Shown one piece after another: positions 26,647-39,202 of a stretch of DNA of 64,000 nt. The stretch is from assembly GCF_009914755.1 (NCBI RefSeq), contig NC_060933.1; one strand, given 5' to 3'. The notes beneath the pieces are model-generated. The model was given only the letters and a program-made list of their open reading frames with translations, ran no database searches and was not told where the DNA came from. This DNA comes from the human T2T-CHM13v2.0 reference genome, Homo sapiens. The stretch's first letter is position 1, and each line of letters opens with the position of its first letter. The position numbers were made by a program, and so were the translations under genes.

Positions 26647-27404
26647 TCACCTGGAAGGCAGGTTCACTTACGTCATGACCAGCAGGCCCAGTGTACCTGA
26701 GGGCCACAGCTGTCCACTGGGAGGAAGAGGGAACCCTCAGGGGCTGGGCTGGAGGAGGGGTATACTATGAGACCCACTGAGGGGTCTGAAGTCTCCTGGG
26801 AGTGCAGGGCAGTGACAGGGCAGGAGGGTCCCATTGTGCAAGGACCCTCACCTCAGCGTTCTCACTAGACATGAGCTTGACGAGAACTCAGCGAAGACGC
26901 GGCACACGGAACCAGAGCGCCAGCCCCACATGGCCCTCCACGCAATCCCACAGGGGAGGGGCCGGGCTGTCGTGCCTTCCCTCTGGACCCAGCCCACTCT
27001 CCCCCAGTCCTTGAAAAGCACCTCAAGGCCCTGCCACGTCTGCAAGTGGCTCTGGAATCTCCGTGGCACAATTACATCACTCTCCTGTGGCTCTGTGGCA
27101 GGCTGCTGTGTCACACACTGATCCTTTTCACATCAGTGTCTCGGCTAGAAAGAAGCGTGTGGAGGCTCCGTGTCATCAGAGGCTATACTTCGTGGAAAAA
27201 CTCCACACCCATGCCACACCAGTGTCTGGTCCACAGAGCAGGCCAGTCCTCATCACTTCGGAACAGGCGGGCCGCAGTGGGTCTCTTGTTGGCAGGAACT
27301 TGACTGTCGCTCCTGAGCCCCTGGAGGGGAGGCAGCGAGGGAAACTAGGGTTGTCTTTGTAGCCCTTCCTGTTTCTAGCTCTGTAACTGCAACCAGGATA
27401 ACCT

Positions 27405-27512
27405 AAGCTTCGGTTTCCCATCTGCAACAGGAGAGTGACAGTTCCAAGGATCAGCCATCATGTACAAGACCAGTAGAGGCTGAGCATACAGTAGGTGCTC
27501 AATAAGTGGGAG
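27405..27512 (+). mobile_element. MIR fragment
   Basis: cttcggtttcccatctgcaacaggagagtgacagt...gcatacagtaggtgctcaataag. Confidence 0.6.
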
Positions 27513-28859
27513 CATGGCCTATCACCCCAGAGGGCGAAAGGAGGGGCTCATTCAATGAGACGGCATTTAGCACAGGGGCCGGTCTCAACACATAGTGTGG
27601 TCAGCATTAAAAATGACAGATTTTTTAAAACCTAGGAGACTAAAAAGTTGGATGGGGGTTGGTGCTGCGTTAGTTCCTGCTCAGCTGTGTTGCTTTTGTG
27701 GGTTTCAGGGATCATTCTTCTCTGTCCAGTGGTCCATGAGGAGGCCCGAGATGGCCAGGCAGGAATGTGGAAGCCCAGACGTGAATGGGCCTCCACGGCC
27801 AGACCTGGGCCCCAGCCCAGCTCCCTCCACCCCAGGCCAGTGACCACCCCTCCTTCCTTCCTGCCCCGTCTCATCCTTTCACTCCTGCTGTTTTCTGGGA
27901 GTCAGCTGCGCTGACAGATGCTAAATCCCGACCATTATTTTTGTCCTCACAATAGCTTGAAATCTTCCAGGAGGGGCCCCGAGCACGGCTGTAGCTCTCC
28001 AGGGACGGCAAAACCTGCCACCTTCACCTTCTGCCCGAGACCCTGAGGCCCCAGCCCAACAACCTCGCCCACCTGCCCCGATTCTGTTACAGAAAGGCAG
28101 CTGCTCAGAGGCCATTGCCCCCGCCGCCCACAGAAAATCAAAAGAAAACCAACAAACTCTGCTTTCTGCCCCTGGTGAGCCTGTGTGTTTACGGCGGACA
28201 TAAAATAGTGTTGCTGACAGGCTGGGATGCGCCGCACTGGCCCCGGGCTGTCTGATGCTGCCAAGCAGGGTACCAAGCTGCCATTAGTGTGTTACTAGGA
28301 AACCGAGTCGGATGTTTCCTGACCTCCGTCCACACCTCAGGGTGCTTCATCCCCAGGGGACTGGGGTGGGGGCAGCAGAGAGAAGGCGCATCGAGCCTCT
28401 GAAGAAGCCGGCTGGGAACTGGATGGTGTGCATGTGGGGAAGGACGGACGGAGAGATAGACAGACAGACAGACAAGAACCGCTTTACACATCAGGGAGCT
28501 TGTTCTCACACGCCCTGGCAGACCCTCACCACGACCCATGAGGGAGGGAGGCCTTGCTTTTTCTACAGGTGGGGAAACCAGGGCTCAGAGAGGGCATGAG
28601 AGTCACCCAGCTCGCCAAGCCACATAGGCGGGTACCTGCACAGGCCCCAGCTACCAGATTCCCGGAAGGAGACCCGTCCACCGGACTGTCCCTCCTGGCC
28701 GTAACTCCCTCTTTTTGGGGGCTTCTTTCTAAGCAGTAAAAGAGCCTCCCACCATCTAAAAATATTCAGGAACCAAAAAAGAACAGCCCCTGGGCCAGGT
28801 CACAAGGACTAGGCCCAGGGGAATGTCCCGGGCCACAGCACAGGGTTTCATTTCCCCCT

Positions 28860-28990
28860 CTGCTATGTGAGGCATGCTGTGTGACCTCCGGCAAGTCACC
28901 TACCCTCTCTGAGCCTTAATTTGTGCAACTGCAAAATGGGGGCTGGAGCACCCACCTTGCAGAGTTGTGAGGGCTGAGATGAAGCGGCAA
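28860..28990 (+). mobile_element. MIR fragment
   Basis: gctgtgtgacctccggcaagtcacctaccctctctgagccttaatttgtgcaactgcaaaatgggg. Confidence 0.7.
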
Positions 28991-30310
28991 AGCCCAGGGC
29001 CTGGCTCTCAGGGGACAGGAGCAGGGATTGTCGAACAGCGTATGGACCTATGGCTCAGATCCTCCAGTATGGGAATCGTGAATGCTCTCGGGACCTCATT
29101 ATCCCCAGCCCTTCCTCCTACCACAGTGAACCAGGCCCAGGCCTAGTTAGGTGTCCTCTCTGTGCTCTGCTCCTTTATGAATGACCCTTATGGAGCGTTT
29201 ATCTCAGCAGTGAGAAACAGAAGCAGGAAGACAAGGGAAAGTTGGTGGCAGAGACTGTCCTGCTGTCCTTTCTAAGCATCTGGTGAAGGTGAACTTCAAT
29301 TCAGCCTGGTAGGGTTGGGGGCTGCCTCTTAGAGAAGGTGACCTGTGGGTTGGGTTTTGTAGAATGAATAGGAGTTGGGCAATCGATATAGGAGATACTA
29401 CGTACGTGATGGGACTTCTACAATAAAACCCAGCATGTGACGCTTGTTCATTTTAGAGCAATATTTCTTAAGTGCCACTGTGTGTCAGTCAGATCTACGC
29501 TGAATACAAGGGAAATAACGTCAAAAGGGAGAAGTCTTCCTCTTCCTGGAGTTCCAGAACAGCACGAGGAGGGCGATTTAGAGGGGGAGGGACCTTCATC
29601 AGACACAGCACAGCCCTCTCATTCGGGCCGAAGCCCAGCTGCCTACTCCTTCCTGGAAAATGGCAAGATGAATGCGTATGTCTTTAAAGCTGCCCTTCTG
29701 CGCCGGTCCCCTCCCTCTGCAGAGACTGCATTAAATGAGACCAGAGAGTTGCTGTGACCGAATCAGTCCTGAAAGCACTCGAGTTTAACGAGGTATTAAA
29801 AATGAAAACCCCTGGAAGTCCCAGGCCATACCTGCTCACACACACACGGGAATGCGGAGCGGGCAGGGTGGTCACGCGCACCTGCTCTGCGTGCGTCAGA
29901 GGGTTCCCCTGCGATCTCCCACTGAGAAGGAACAAACGGCCTCTCCCTCAGTGGTGGGGGTGGGGGAGCAGGGTTTCGAGGTCACTGAAGCCCCCAGCCA
30001 CGTGGCAGCAGGGCCTCTGGAGACAGCTGGGGCCCACTGTGGTGCCAGAGTACCAAGGGGCCCACAAGATGTCCGAGGGGGGCAGGGAGGGTCCCTGAAA
30101 GTGTGGGGCTCTCATCCCAACGAGCTGCGGTCTCCACAGCCAGCCCCACAGGGAAGTGCTGATGGCTCTGTTAACAGGGAAGGTGCGGACAGGGAGCTCC
30201 CGCCCAGCAGTCCCACAGCCACCTCCCGACGGGTACTGGGCTTGTCTAGACCACAGGAGCGAGAAAGGCTGGACTGCCTACAGAGGATCCCCACCGAGCC
30301 AGGTCCACCA

Positions 30311-30444
30311 GCCCTCAGTTCCCGAGAACAGACACAGCAGAGACCAGGACCCTCCTAAAACCCCAGCCCAAAACGGCCCTCAGTTCCCGAGAACAGACAT
30401 AGAAGAGACCCAGCCAGGACACTCTTAAAACCCCAGCCCAAAAC
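30311..30444. repeat. Tandem duplication, 2 x about 65-68 bp
   Basis: gccctcagttcccgagaacagaca...taaaaccccagcccaaaac occurs twice. Confidence 0.9.
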
Positions 30445-33136
30445 AAGGTAGTGACTGGCCTGGCACAGGGGGTAAGAGCAGGTTTCCTAAATCACACTTT
30501 GGCAAATCCTACGCACTCTTCAAAATGAACACCTCCTCCAGGAAGGCTTCCTGCCCTCCTGGCTTGTCAGGGTCTGCCCCCAGAGGCTGCTGCCTGGACA
30601 GCACATGTGGGAGGTAGAGGAACCTCGAGTGAGAAGTGCAGGGGCCCACAACGGGGTCCCAGGTCCCAGGTCTGTGGGGCAGGGAGGGCTCCTTTAGCCA
30701 CCCCTGGGGTTAGGGAGGGGTGGTCTGACAATGACCCTTGGAGAGACAGAGCTGGGCTCAAATTGCAGCTCTGCCCCCTAGTTCTGTACGACTCTGACCA
30801 GGTGCCTTCCTCTCTCAGAGCCCCGTCTCCTTCCTGTCCAGCGAGAGGGCTCAGGGCCCGGCCTGCAGCGCTCAGGGAGATGCAACTGGAAGCGTCTTGA
30901 CAGAGGGACCCTCCGGGGACGCTGGCTTCATTCACTCCATTCTGCCAGTCCCCACAGAGGCCTGGCCTCACAGAGTCACACCGAGGAGCAAGAGACCCTT
31001 GGCAGCATTTGAGGGAGCCACATGCGGCCAAGGAGAAGCCCAGGTGGGGCCGAGCACGCAGTCTTAAAGGGTCTGTTGTGCAAATGAGGCACCACGGCCA
31101 GTGGGGAGGCAGCTCCAAGGAGACAATGCCACGGTCCAGCCAGGTGTCCTTGTCGATGAAGGACCTGGGGTGGGGGGGCGGGGGACAAAGGCCTTTCTGT
31201 CCCGGCCATCACCCGCCTTAAGAAACGCCCCGTCTTCCGTCTCTCCAGTCTCCCCTCCATCCCCACACGAGCCTCGGGCCACCAGGGAGGGACGGGGGGA
31301 TGCCTGTCAACACCTCCTCTGGGGAAGGGGGCTTCATTCCGGCCTCCTTCAGACCAGGGCAGGCTTTGCATGTGCCTGGGGCCGGGGGCTGTCTAACAGG
31401 GCTGGATTCATTTGCTTGTTTCTCGTGGGGCCGTTTTCGTGGAGTCTGCTTTCAAACTTGTCCCCTTTGGAAAAACAATCCTCTGGGGTGAACATAAGGT
31501 GTCCCAAACCCAGCCTCTCCCAGCTCAACTCGGGCTCCACACTCAGGCGTCCTCCACAACGCGGACCTCCCAGAGTGAAGATGAACATACATGAGCTCAG
31601 GAGATGGTATCTAAACAAACTTCCTCTGGGAGAGGTGGGCAGGGTGAGGACAACGGCGGGGAGGGTGGGCCATAGAGGACAGCGGTTTGTTCCTCACTCC
31701 TTGTACCCCTGCAGACAAAGGGCACAGCACAGAGTGGCCAAGGCCCCAGGGCAGGATCCAATGGGAGAAGCACGGCCTCTCCCCTCCCAGGTCGCCGCCA
31801 GCAGGCAGCTCCCACTCACTCCCCATGTAGAAAGAAGACGTCCAAACCTCCTCGACACCAGAAACTCCTTCTACATTTTATGCACCCTAAAAAATTATCC
31901 CAATGATGCTAACATGACACATTTAAAGCTGCACAGTCATTTTATGATGCAATAAAGCATGCAGCTCTACATTCGCGGATACATTACATTCCCTGCCGTG
32001 TCACGATCACATTTGTTTAAGCCTGAAAATCACTTCAACTCCCAGGAAAGTGAAACCAGTGTTATGCAAAGCAGGCTCCTAAATCATAAAATTGTGGATT
32101 CCTCAAGCTCAGTGGGATTCACAGACCATCTGGGCAGATGCTTTCGTTTCAGAGACTGGGAAACTGAGGCCCTGTGTGGCATTTAACTTGCCCAGAGAAG
32201 CAGCCCCTTGAAAGGAAAGGAAAGGCCAGCTAGACCTTGGGCCCTGGTGACCCGCCACACTAAAGCAGCCAGCAGCTGCAGCCTCACATCCAAGCCCTCG
32301 CCCAGAGCCCTGGCCCCAGAATCTCCCTCCCCGCTCGCACTCAGGGGCAGCTCTCCCTTCAAGGATGCTCCTGCTCAGATGCTCTCTGGGGAGAAGCCAG
32401 GAGGACACGCGGTTCCTGACAGAGCCTGGCTGTGTCTAGGATCACTCCCTCCTCATGCAGCCACCGGAGTGGCGGGGTGCCTTCCCACAGCAGCCTGTGA
32501 GGTTGCAGGACCCTGCTCTGCAGACAAGGATGCTCCTGGTGGGGCATGTTTACCAGCTGGCTGTCAGACATCTAGCAGCACACTCTGGGAAGAGGCTCCA
32601 GGTCCAACCACCCCTCCCCCAGCCACCTAGGATGAAGCGGTGGCTAAATAAAGCTTGGTCTCATGTCCATGTCCTTCCTTTGGCCTCTCTTCTGCCCTGA
32701 GTGGGAGCTTTCAAATTTCTCCCGTGTCCCTTCAATTCCCCTAAGAATTCTCGGGGACCTCTGACCTGCCGGCACCACGGGAGGGAGGGCAGAGGCAGGC
32801 GGCCTGGCCCTGCTGGGGACTGGGGTGTGCAGCCTACTTCACAGACAGGCAAGGGCAACCCTGCCACAGCGGCACCAGTGTCCTCGCAAGACGCACTCAT
32901 CACGGCGCTCTGTGGCACCCAATCCGGGTGCCCTTTCCAAATCCTCCTCCATCAAGGCCTGGAAGCATTCCCAGGGCCCCCCACAGACTGCAGCGGACCA
33001 CGCCCAGCCTCAGTGAACAGAAAATGGGAACTAGGAACGCTGGCTGCAGTGCCAGGAGGGGGACAGAGGGCCCCAGGACTCCAGGCCAGAGCAATCAGAG
33101 AGATGCTTCTTGAAGCTGGAAGGAAGAAGCCAATGT

Positions 33137-33372
33137 GCCACCTACCGCTGCGCCCACTGGGGCTGACCACTGAGCACGGGCATCGCCAGCTACTGCTGTG
33201 CCCACTGAGGCTGACCACGGGCATCGCCAACTACTGCTGTGCCCACTGAGGCTGACCACTGAGCACGGGCATCGCCAGCTACCGCTGCGCCCACTGGGGC
33301 TGACCACTGAGTGGGGGCATCACCACCTACCGCTGCGCCCACTGGGGCTGACCACTGAGCACGGGCATCGCC
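33137..33372. repeat. CpG-rich minisatellite, 5 x 48 bp (second unit has a 7-bp deletion)
   Basis: gccacctaccgctgcgcccactggggctgaccactgagcacgggcatc repeated. Confidence 0.95.
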
Positions 33373-34277
33373 GGCATGCGGCCACCTTCCTGGACACCCA
33401 GCAGTGCTGCCCCCTGCAGCCAGCACAGGCTGACCCAAGGTGTCCTTCTACCGTGCGGAGAAACACTGTCACTGCAGTGCCACCAAGTTGGGGTCACAGC
33501 AGGCATTTCGACGTGGGCCCTGTGCCTTCCTGAGGGAGAGGTGATCCTCCCTGTGAGTCCCCGGGGAACTTCCACAATTCTGATTCGTTACAAACACCAA
33601 GCCTTGTCCCACAATAGCACAATACGCTGGACTTGCGCTGGAACAGCCCTCAGCCACACCTCCAGATGGGGAGCCCCACCTTGCCCTCCAGCCTCGCCTT
33701 CCACACCCTGCACAACTCCTCCTGCTGGGATAGTGCCCCGGTCTTCAGCAAACTCCTCCTTGGGTGCTGAGGCCCAGCTGTCACCTCTTCTGAGGAGGCC
33801 CGGCTGTCACCTCTTCTGAGAAGCTTTCCTTGCTTTCTGACCCAGCACTCCGCCAGCCCCACTCTGCTCCCACAGCCAACCATCTTGTGCATGTCACTCT
33901 TCTGTGTACAAACCTGCCTCTGGACCCCAGGCTGGGAGCCCCCCAGTGCAGGCATCTAGCCCTGGGCCCCCAAGAGTTGGGCAGGAACGAAAAGGGAAGC
34001 GCAGTGCCTGCCAAGGAAAAGCCATTATGCAAATGCAAGGTACTGATTATTAGAGCAATTTAAAAACAGGCCCTCCATTTGGGCTTATTTTGCTTGATAA
34101 AGCATTTTTAAGTGGCAATATTTTGTGTTAATTTTTTCAACCAGCTGCTCTTATTATTTGATTATGCATTATTCAAAGCTCTCAAAAGCGAGCTTAGAGC
34201 ACTTGAGAAAATAACTTCAGTGTTATACGTGCCCACACAGGGGACTGGCTCCAGCTCCCAGAAAGATGTTCTGGATC

Positions 34278-34712
34278 TAAGACCTGTGCTACCCGGCACA
34301 GAGCCACTGGCCACGTGTGGCTGTCCGGCTCACAACATGACAAGCTGCAGTGACCTGCGCCCAAGTGCGAGCTCCATAAGCCAGATCAGAGGACTCAGCG
34401 CAAGCACCACAAAACGTAGGCTGCCCAAGGATGATCTGTGACACTGATCACAAGGTGACCCAGATAATATTTTGAATATGCTGGGTTAACTATAACATAT
34501 ATTTTTTTTTTTAAGAGATGAGGTCTTGCTCTGTCGCTCAGGCTGGAGTGCAGTGACAGGATCTATGTTGCCCAGGCTGGTCTCGAACTTCTGGCCTCAA
34601 GCAATCCCAAAGTGAAGTGCTGGGATTACAGGTGTAAGCCACTATGCCCAGCCTATAAAATACATTCTTATGATTAATTTCGTTTGTCCCTTCTTATTTT
34701 TTGACGTGGCTC
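34278..34712. mobile_element. MER33/MER3-like hAT-Charlie DNA transposon remnant, split by an Alu
   Basis: agccactggccacgtgtggctg and gataatattttgaatatgctgggttaa...attaatttcgtttgtcccttcttattttttgacgtggct. Confidence 0.65.
34502..34653 (-). mobile_element. Internally deleted Alu (AluJ-like)
   Basis: T-tract, gagatgaggtcttgctctgtcgctcaggctggagtgcagtg joined to tgttgcccaggctggtctcgaact...gccactatgcccagcc. Confidence 0.85.
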
Positions 34713-34779
34713 CGCTGTAATCCCACCACACTGCCCTGAAACTGTCCTTCGGCTTCCACACTCCCCATGGGGCCTGGGT

Positions 34780-34905
34780 CTTGGGAGGCAGGAAATGTGT
34801 CTTCATCTTAATATGTTTCCAGCTCCTGGTTCCAAGCCTGACACACAGAGAGTGTTTAGGAACCAGCTGACGATGGAATGAACGATGATCGTGTGAATGA
34901 ATGAA
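34780..34905 (+). mobile_element. L2 3' end
   Basis: ggaggcaggaaatgtgtcttcatc...cctgacacacagagagtgttt...gaatgaatgaa. Confidence 0.55.
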
Positions 34906-35165
34906 AGCACACAGGCACTCACACGGTGCCCCTCGCTGGTGTCCTAAAACCACATTTGCAGGTTCCCTGGGAGACAAGCTGCATCTGTGAGCCAGTCTTT
35001 GACTTTCCCCAAACAGCTGCAGAGTGTCTGGGGTCTGGGCAGTCAGCGGAGTCCTTTAGACATTCAAGGTGACCTTCATGTTGGGCATCTGGCTATGGGC
35101 CCAAAGCAAAGAACAGGTGCGTTCTGCTCCAAATGTCCCTTCCTTCTCCTCACTCCTGTGCCTGG

Positions 35166-35524
35166 TGATATGGTCTGGCTGTGTCCCCACCCAAATCTCA
35201 TCTTGAACTGTAGTTCCCATAATCCCCATGTGCTGTGGGAGGGACCTGGAAGGAGGTCATTGAATCATGGAGGCGGTGACCCTCGTATCGCTCATACCAT
35301 TCTCATGATAGTGAGTGAGTTCTCACGAGATCTGATGGTTTTATAAGGGGCTTTCCTCCTTTTGCTCTGCCCTTCTTGCTGCTGCCATGTGAAGAAAAGC
35401 GTGTTTGCTTCCCCTTCCACCATGACTATAAGTTTCCTGGGGCCTCCCCAGTCCGGTGGAACTGAGTCAACTAAACCTCTTTCCTTTACAATTCAAGCAA
35501 TCTTTAAACTGTAATACTAATAGA
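35166..35524 (+). mobile_element. THE1 (THE1C/D-like) MaLR solo LTR with 5-bp TSD cctgg
   Basis: tgatatggtctggctgtgtccccacccaaatctcatcttgaactgtag...gttctcacgagatctgatggttttataagggg; cctgg at 35161-35165 and 35525-35529. Confidence 0.92.
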
Positions 35525-35972
35525 CCTGGCTTCTGATTAGACCATTTCCCCAGCTCCAGCTTTGAAAATTCACAACTACATTACCTCCCCAAGTAGGATC
35601 CAGGTAAGAAATGGCATGCGCTTGTGTCTTGTAAATTGCCATAATGGCTAAATATCCACACCAAGTCCACAGAGAAAGGATAGGAAATCTTGCCTTTCAG
35701 TGAAAGGAGGAGGGGGAAAAACAACATAAAAAATTTATTAAACTTGAGCCACTGGGACCAAATTGCAAGTTAAAGATTCAAATGCATTCCCCTTCCTTAG
35801 AACTGATGATTTACGTTTGCAATAACTGCAGTCATAAAGAGCTCGTTGGATTAAGGAGGCTCAGTCTTAATGTCAGGGAATAACATTATTGGACAGTGCA
35901 AAGCCACAGGTTCCCCAGAGCTGCTTTTCTGGGTGAGAGGAATTCCACCTTGCATTTTGGTTCAAGAGATCA

Positions 35973-36373
<401 letters not shown>

Positions 36374-36679
36374 CTAAACTGAATGTGCACTATAAACCAG
36401 CAGGGGCAGGCCTGGCCATGTGGGGGCTGTAGTTCAGGAAGTGTCCTGGGCTGAACACCCAGGAGGCTCCTACGGAGTGGGCATTTCATGTCAGTCCCTG
36501 GCCACATAAGGCCGATGTGGGCCCCATCGTCCCGGAGCCCTCCTGTGCTGACTGTCCAGAAACGCTGAGGCATGTTTCTGGAGAGCACAGAATCCCAACC
36601 TCAGGCTGGTAACTTAGGAGAAATAGCAGGTCAGAAACTTGCCCTCACACCGGCCAGGAGCTCCCCAGGCTCTGGGGGG

Positions 36680-36910
36680 CACAGGCTCTGTGTGGTGGGG
36701 GGCTAGGGTTAAATCATGGCTCTGCCACTTACTAGCTGGGTGACATGGGCCAGTGGTGTCCCCTCTCTGGACCTCAGTTTCCTTATCTGTAAAATGAGGA
36801 CAACCACAGAACAGACCTCACAGAGCAATTGAGGGTGGGGGATTTGAGGGAATGAAGCCCAGCAGTGCCCAGCCCCAAAAAAGCTCGTAAGCACCGCCCA
36901 CTGTTGCTGT
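36680..36910 (+). mobile_element. MIR
   Basis: ggctctgccacttactagctgggtgacatgggcc...cctcagtttccttatctgtaaaatgagga. Confidence 0.8.
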
Positions 36911-37403
36911 CATTGTCCTGTGGGTACAGGCATCCTACCATGTGCAGAAGGCTTGCCCTGCTAGGGCTGGACCAGGAGAGGACAGGAAGAAGGTGCAGGG
37001 TCTGACCCTCTGATAGGCAGGGGACAGGCATTTAACCCCCTAATCACCGTGCACCCCTTGGGCAGCCCAGAGACCCAACAGAGGCATGGGTGCTGAGGGG
37101 GCGCTGGCCAGGATGGAGCAGCTTCACACAGTGGGAGACACCTTGGCCTGGATGTGGCAGAGAAGGATTTCCAAGGCAAGGAATGCCAGGAAGGGTACAG
37201 GGGGGTATGTTCCAACTCTGAGCATAGCAAGTAGGGTGGCTGCAGACTCTGCTGGGGGTTGGGGCCTTATCCCTAAGGGACTTCCCTCTGGCCATGCCAC
37301 CAGCCAGAAGCCCTGCCCTCTCTGAGCCTCAGTTTCCTCCCCCCTTACAGGGTTGAGATGGACAGTCCCTCAGTCAGTCTCAGAAGCCTGCATGCTGGAG
37401 TGA

Positions 37404-37727
<324 letters not shown>

Positions 37728-39133
37728 TGAAGTCTCCCTCAGATTCCTGAGGCTGGTCAGGGTGGACAGTGGCCTCCAGGTGGGCGCCCCAGGCCTGGCT
37801 GTGACCTGCATGGCCCCTGTGCCCATCTCTCCCCTTTAAGATGCTCTACAACCCTCAGACCCACGTGGGGCCGACCGGATGTCCAGAGGAGCTCTGGGAG
37901 TCTGGCCAGTGGGATTTGCCAAGGACCCCGTGGCCAGCCCAGCATCAAAGGGATGGGCTGGTGGCAGCTACTCCAGCTGGTGGGTGAGGAATTTCTTTCA
38001 CAGAAGTGCATGAGACTGGGCCGCCAGCGTGGTGCCACATGCTGATATGGGGATGACTTGAATTGTGTATATACACAGGGATCCTGCGGAAAGTATTTTC
38101 CTGGGCCCTGCAAGCTAAAGGCAGCCCTGGATGTGGGCTGAGCAGTAAGACAGGGACAGCCCCAGCATACACAGCAGGCACTCCCATACACGCAGCTCCC
38201 CCTCTTACTCCTCTCCCGGTTGTCATTCTCAGTCTGTGCTCTAAAACGAAGGGAGAGAGAAACACTAAGAGTCTTCCAGAAGAAACCGTAGTTGAGCTAA
38301 GAACACACAAGCTGCTGTCAAACAGCTCCAGAGGCCCCCAGGCAGCAAGGATGCCCGAAGGCACCATCTCCCGGTGGCCTGGGAGGGTGGTGGATGAGCC
38401 AGGCCGTGAGGCCCCAGCAAGGATGCTCGGTCTCAGCCCAGGTCCCTCACCTGCAGGTGAGGCCCCTTCCTCCTACCCTCCTACCTCCCTCCTCCTGGAG
38501 CGGGCCACGTGATCCCACCCTGGTCACAGATTCCCACGGTCCCGATGGGGCCCTGGTGCTGTGGCCAGGCTTGGGCAGCGCCTGGGTGGAGCAGAGGCCT
38601 CTCAGAGAGAGGAATGAGGTGGACACGGAGAAGAGCAGAGGCGGGTCCACCGAGGCAGGGCAGTGCCTGCCGGGCCACGTGTTAACCCCGAGCCCACACA
38701 CTCCTGTGCCCTGAACCTGCGCTCCAGGCAGCACCGCTCCCTCCTCACAACACGGCATCCCAGGACCCGGCTTGGGGAGCATGGCCAGCCCCCTCTCTGC
38801 CCCACAGCTTCGCAGAGACAAGCCCTCATGGAGGACCCTGCTAGGGCAATGGGCCAACACCCGGGCCAGCCATTAGACTGGCTGGGCAGCCTTCTAGAAT
38901 GTACAAGGGATATGAAGATCTGCTCATGTCTGAGGTCTCTCAGATGCATGCCTTCCCACTCAGCACGGAAGCCCACACCATGACCCATCATGAGGAGATG
39001 CCCCGGTGGGAAGGGCCAGGGCCAGCTCTGCCTGCACTGTGGCCGCCATGTTTCCTCCTGACTCCCTGGACACCACCAGGAACCTCCCTGCCCCTCCCTC
39101 CTCTCCATCCCTCCTCCCATCCCCCCGCCTTAC

Positions 39134-39202
39134 TCGGCCAGCTCCTCCAGGCTGCGGTAGACGTCATCGTCATTCTCTGTGGTCTCCTCTGAGGGAAAAG
39201 GC
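39134..39202 (-). CDS. VAV2: VAV2 exon 4 (69 bp, phase 2-2): (R)[22 protein letters not shown](D), contains Y142
   Basis: Acceptor ttctcttccgcag|G CCT TTT; donor GCC GA|gtaagg; peptide visible at the end of ORF 39130..39510. Confidence 0.96.

Noticed and set aside
33137-33372. Regularly spaced repeats that look superficially CRISPR-like (also 11417-11666, 61261-61382)
   Set aside because: Head-to-tail units with no unique spacers, in eukaryotic intronic DNA with no cas genes; ordinary minisatellites
37770-37790. CTCF-like sites (37770, 48840, 55998, 1268)
   Set aside because: All deviate from the core consensus; cannot be supported without PWM scoring or ChIP data
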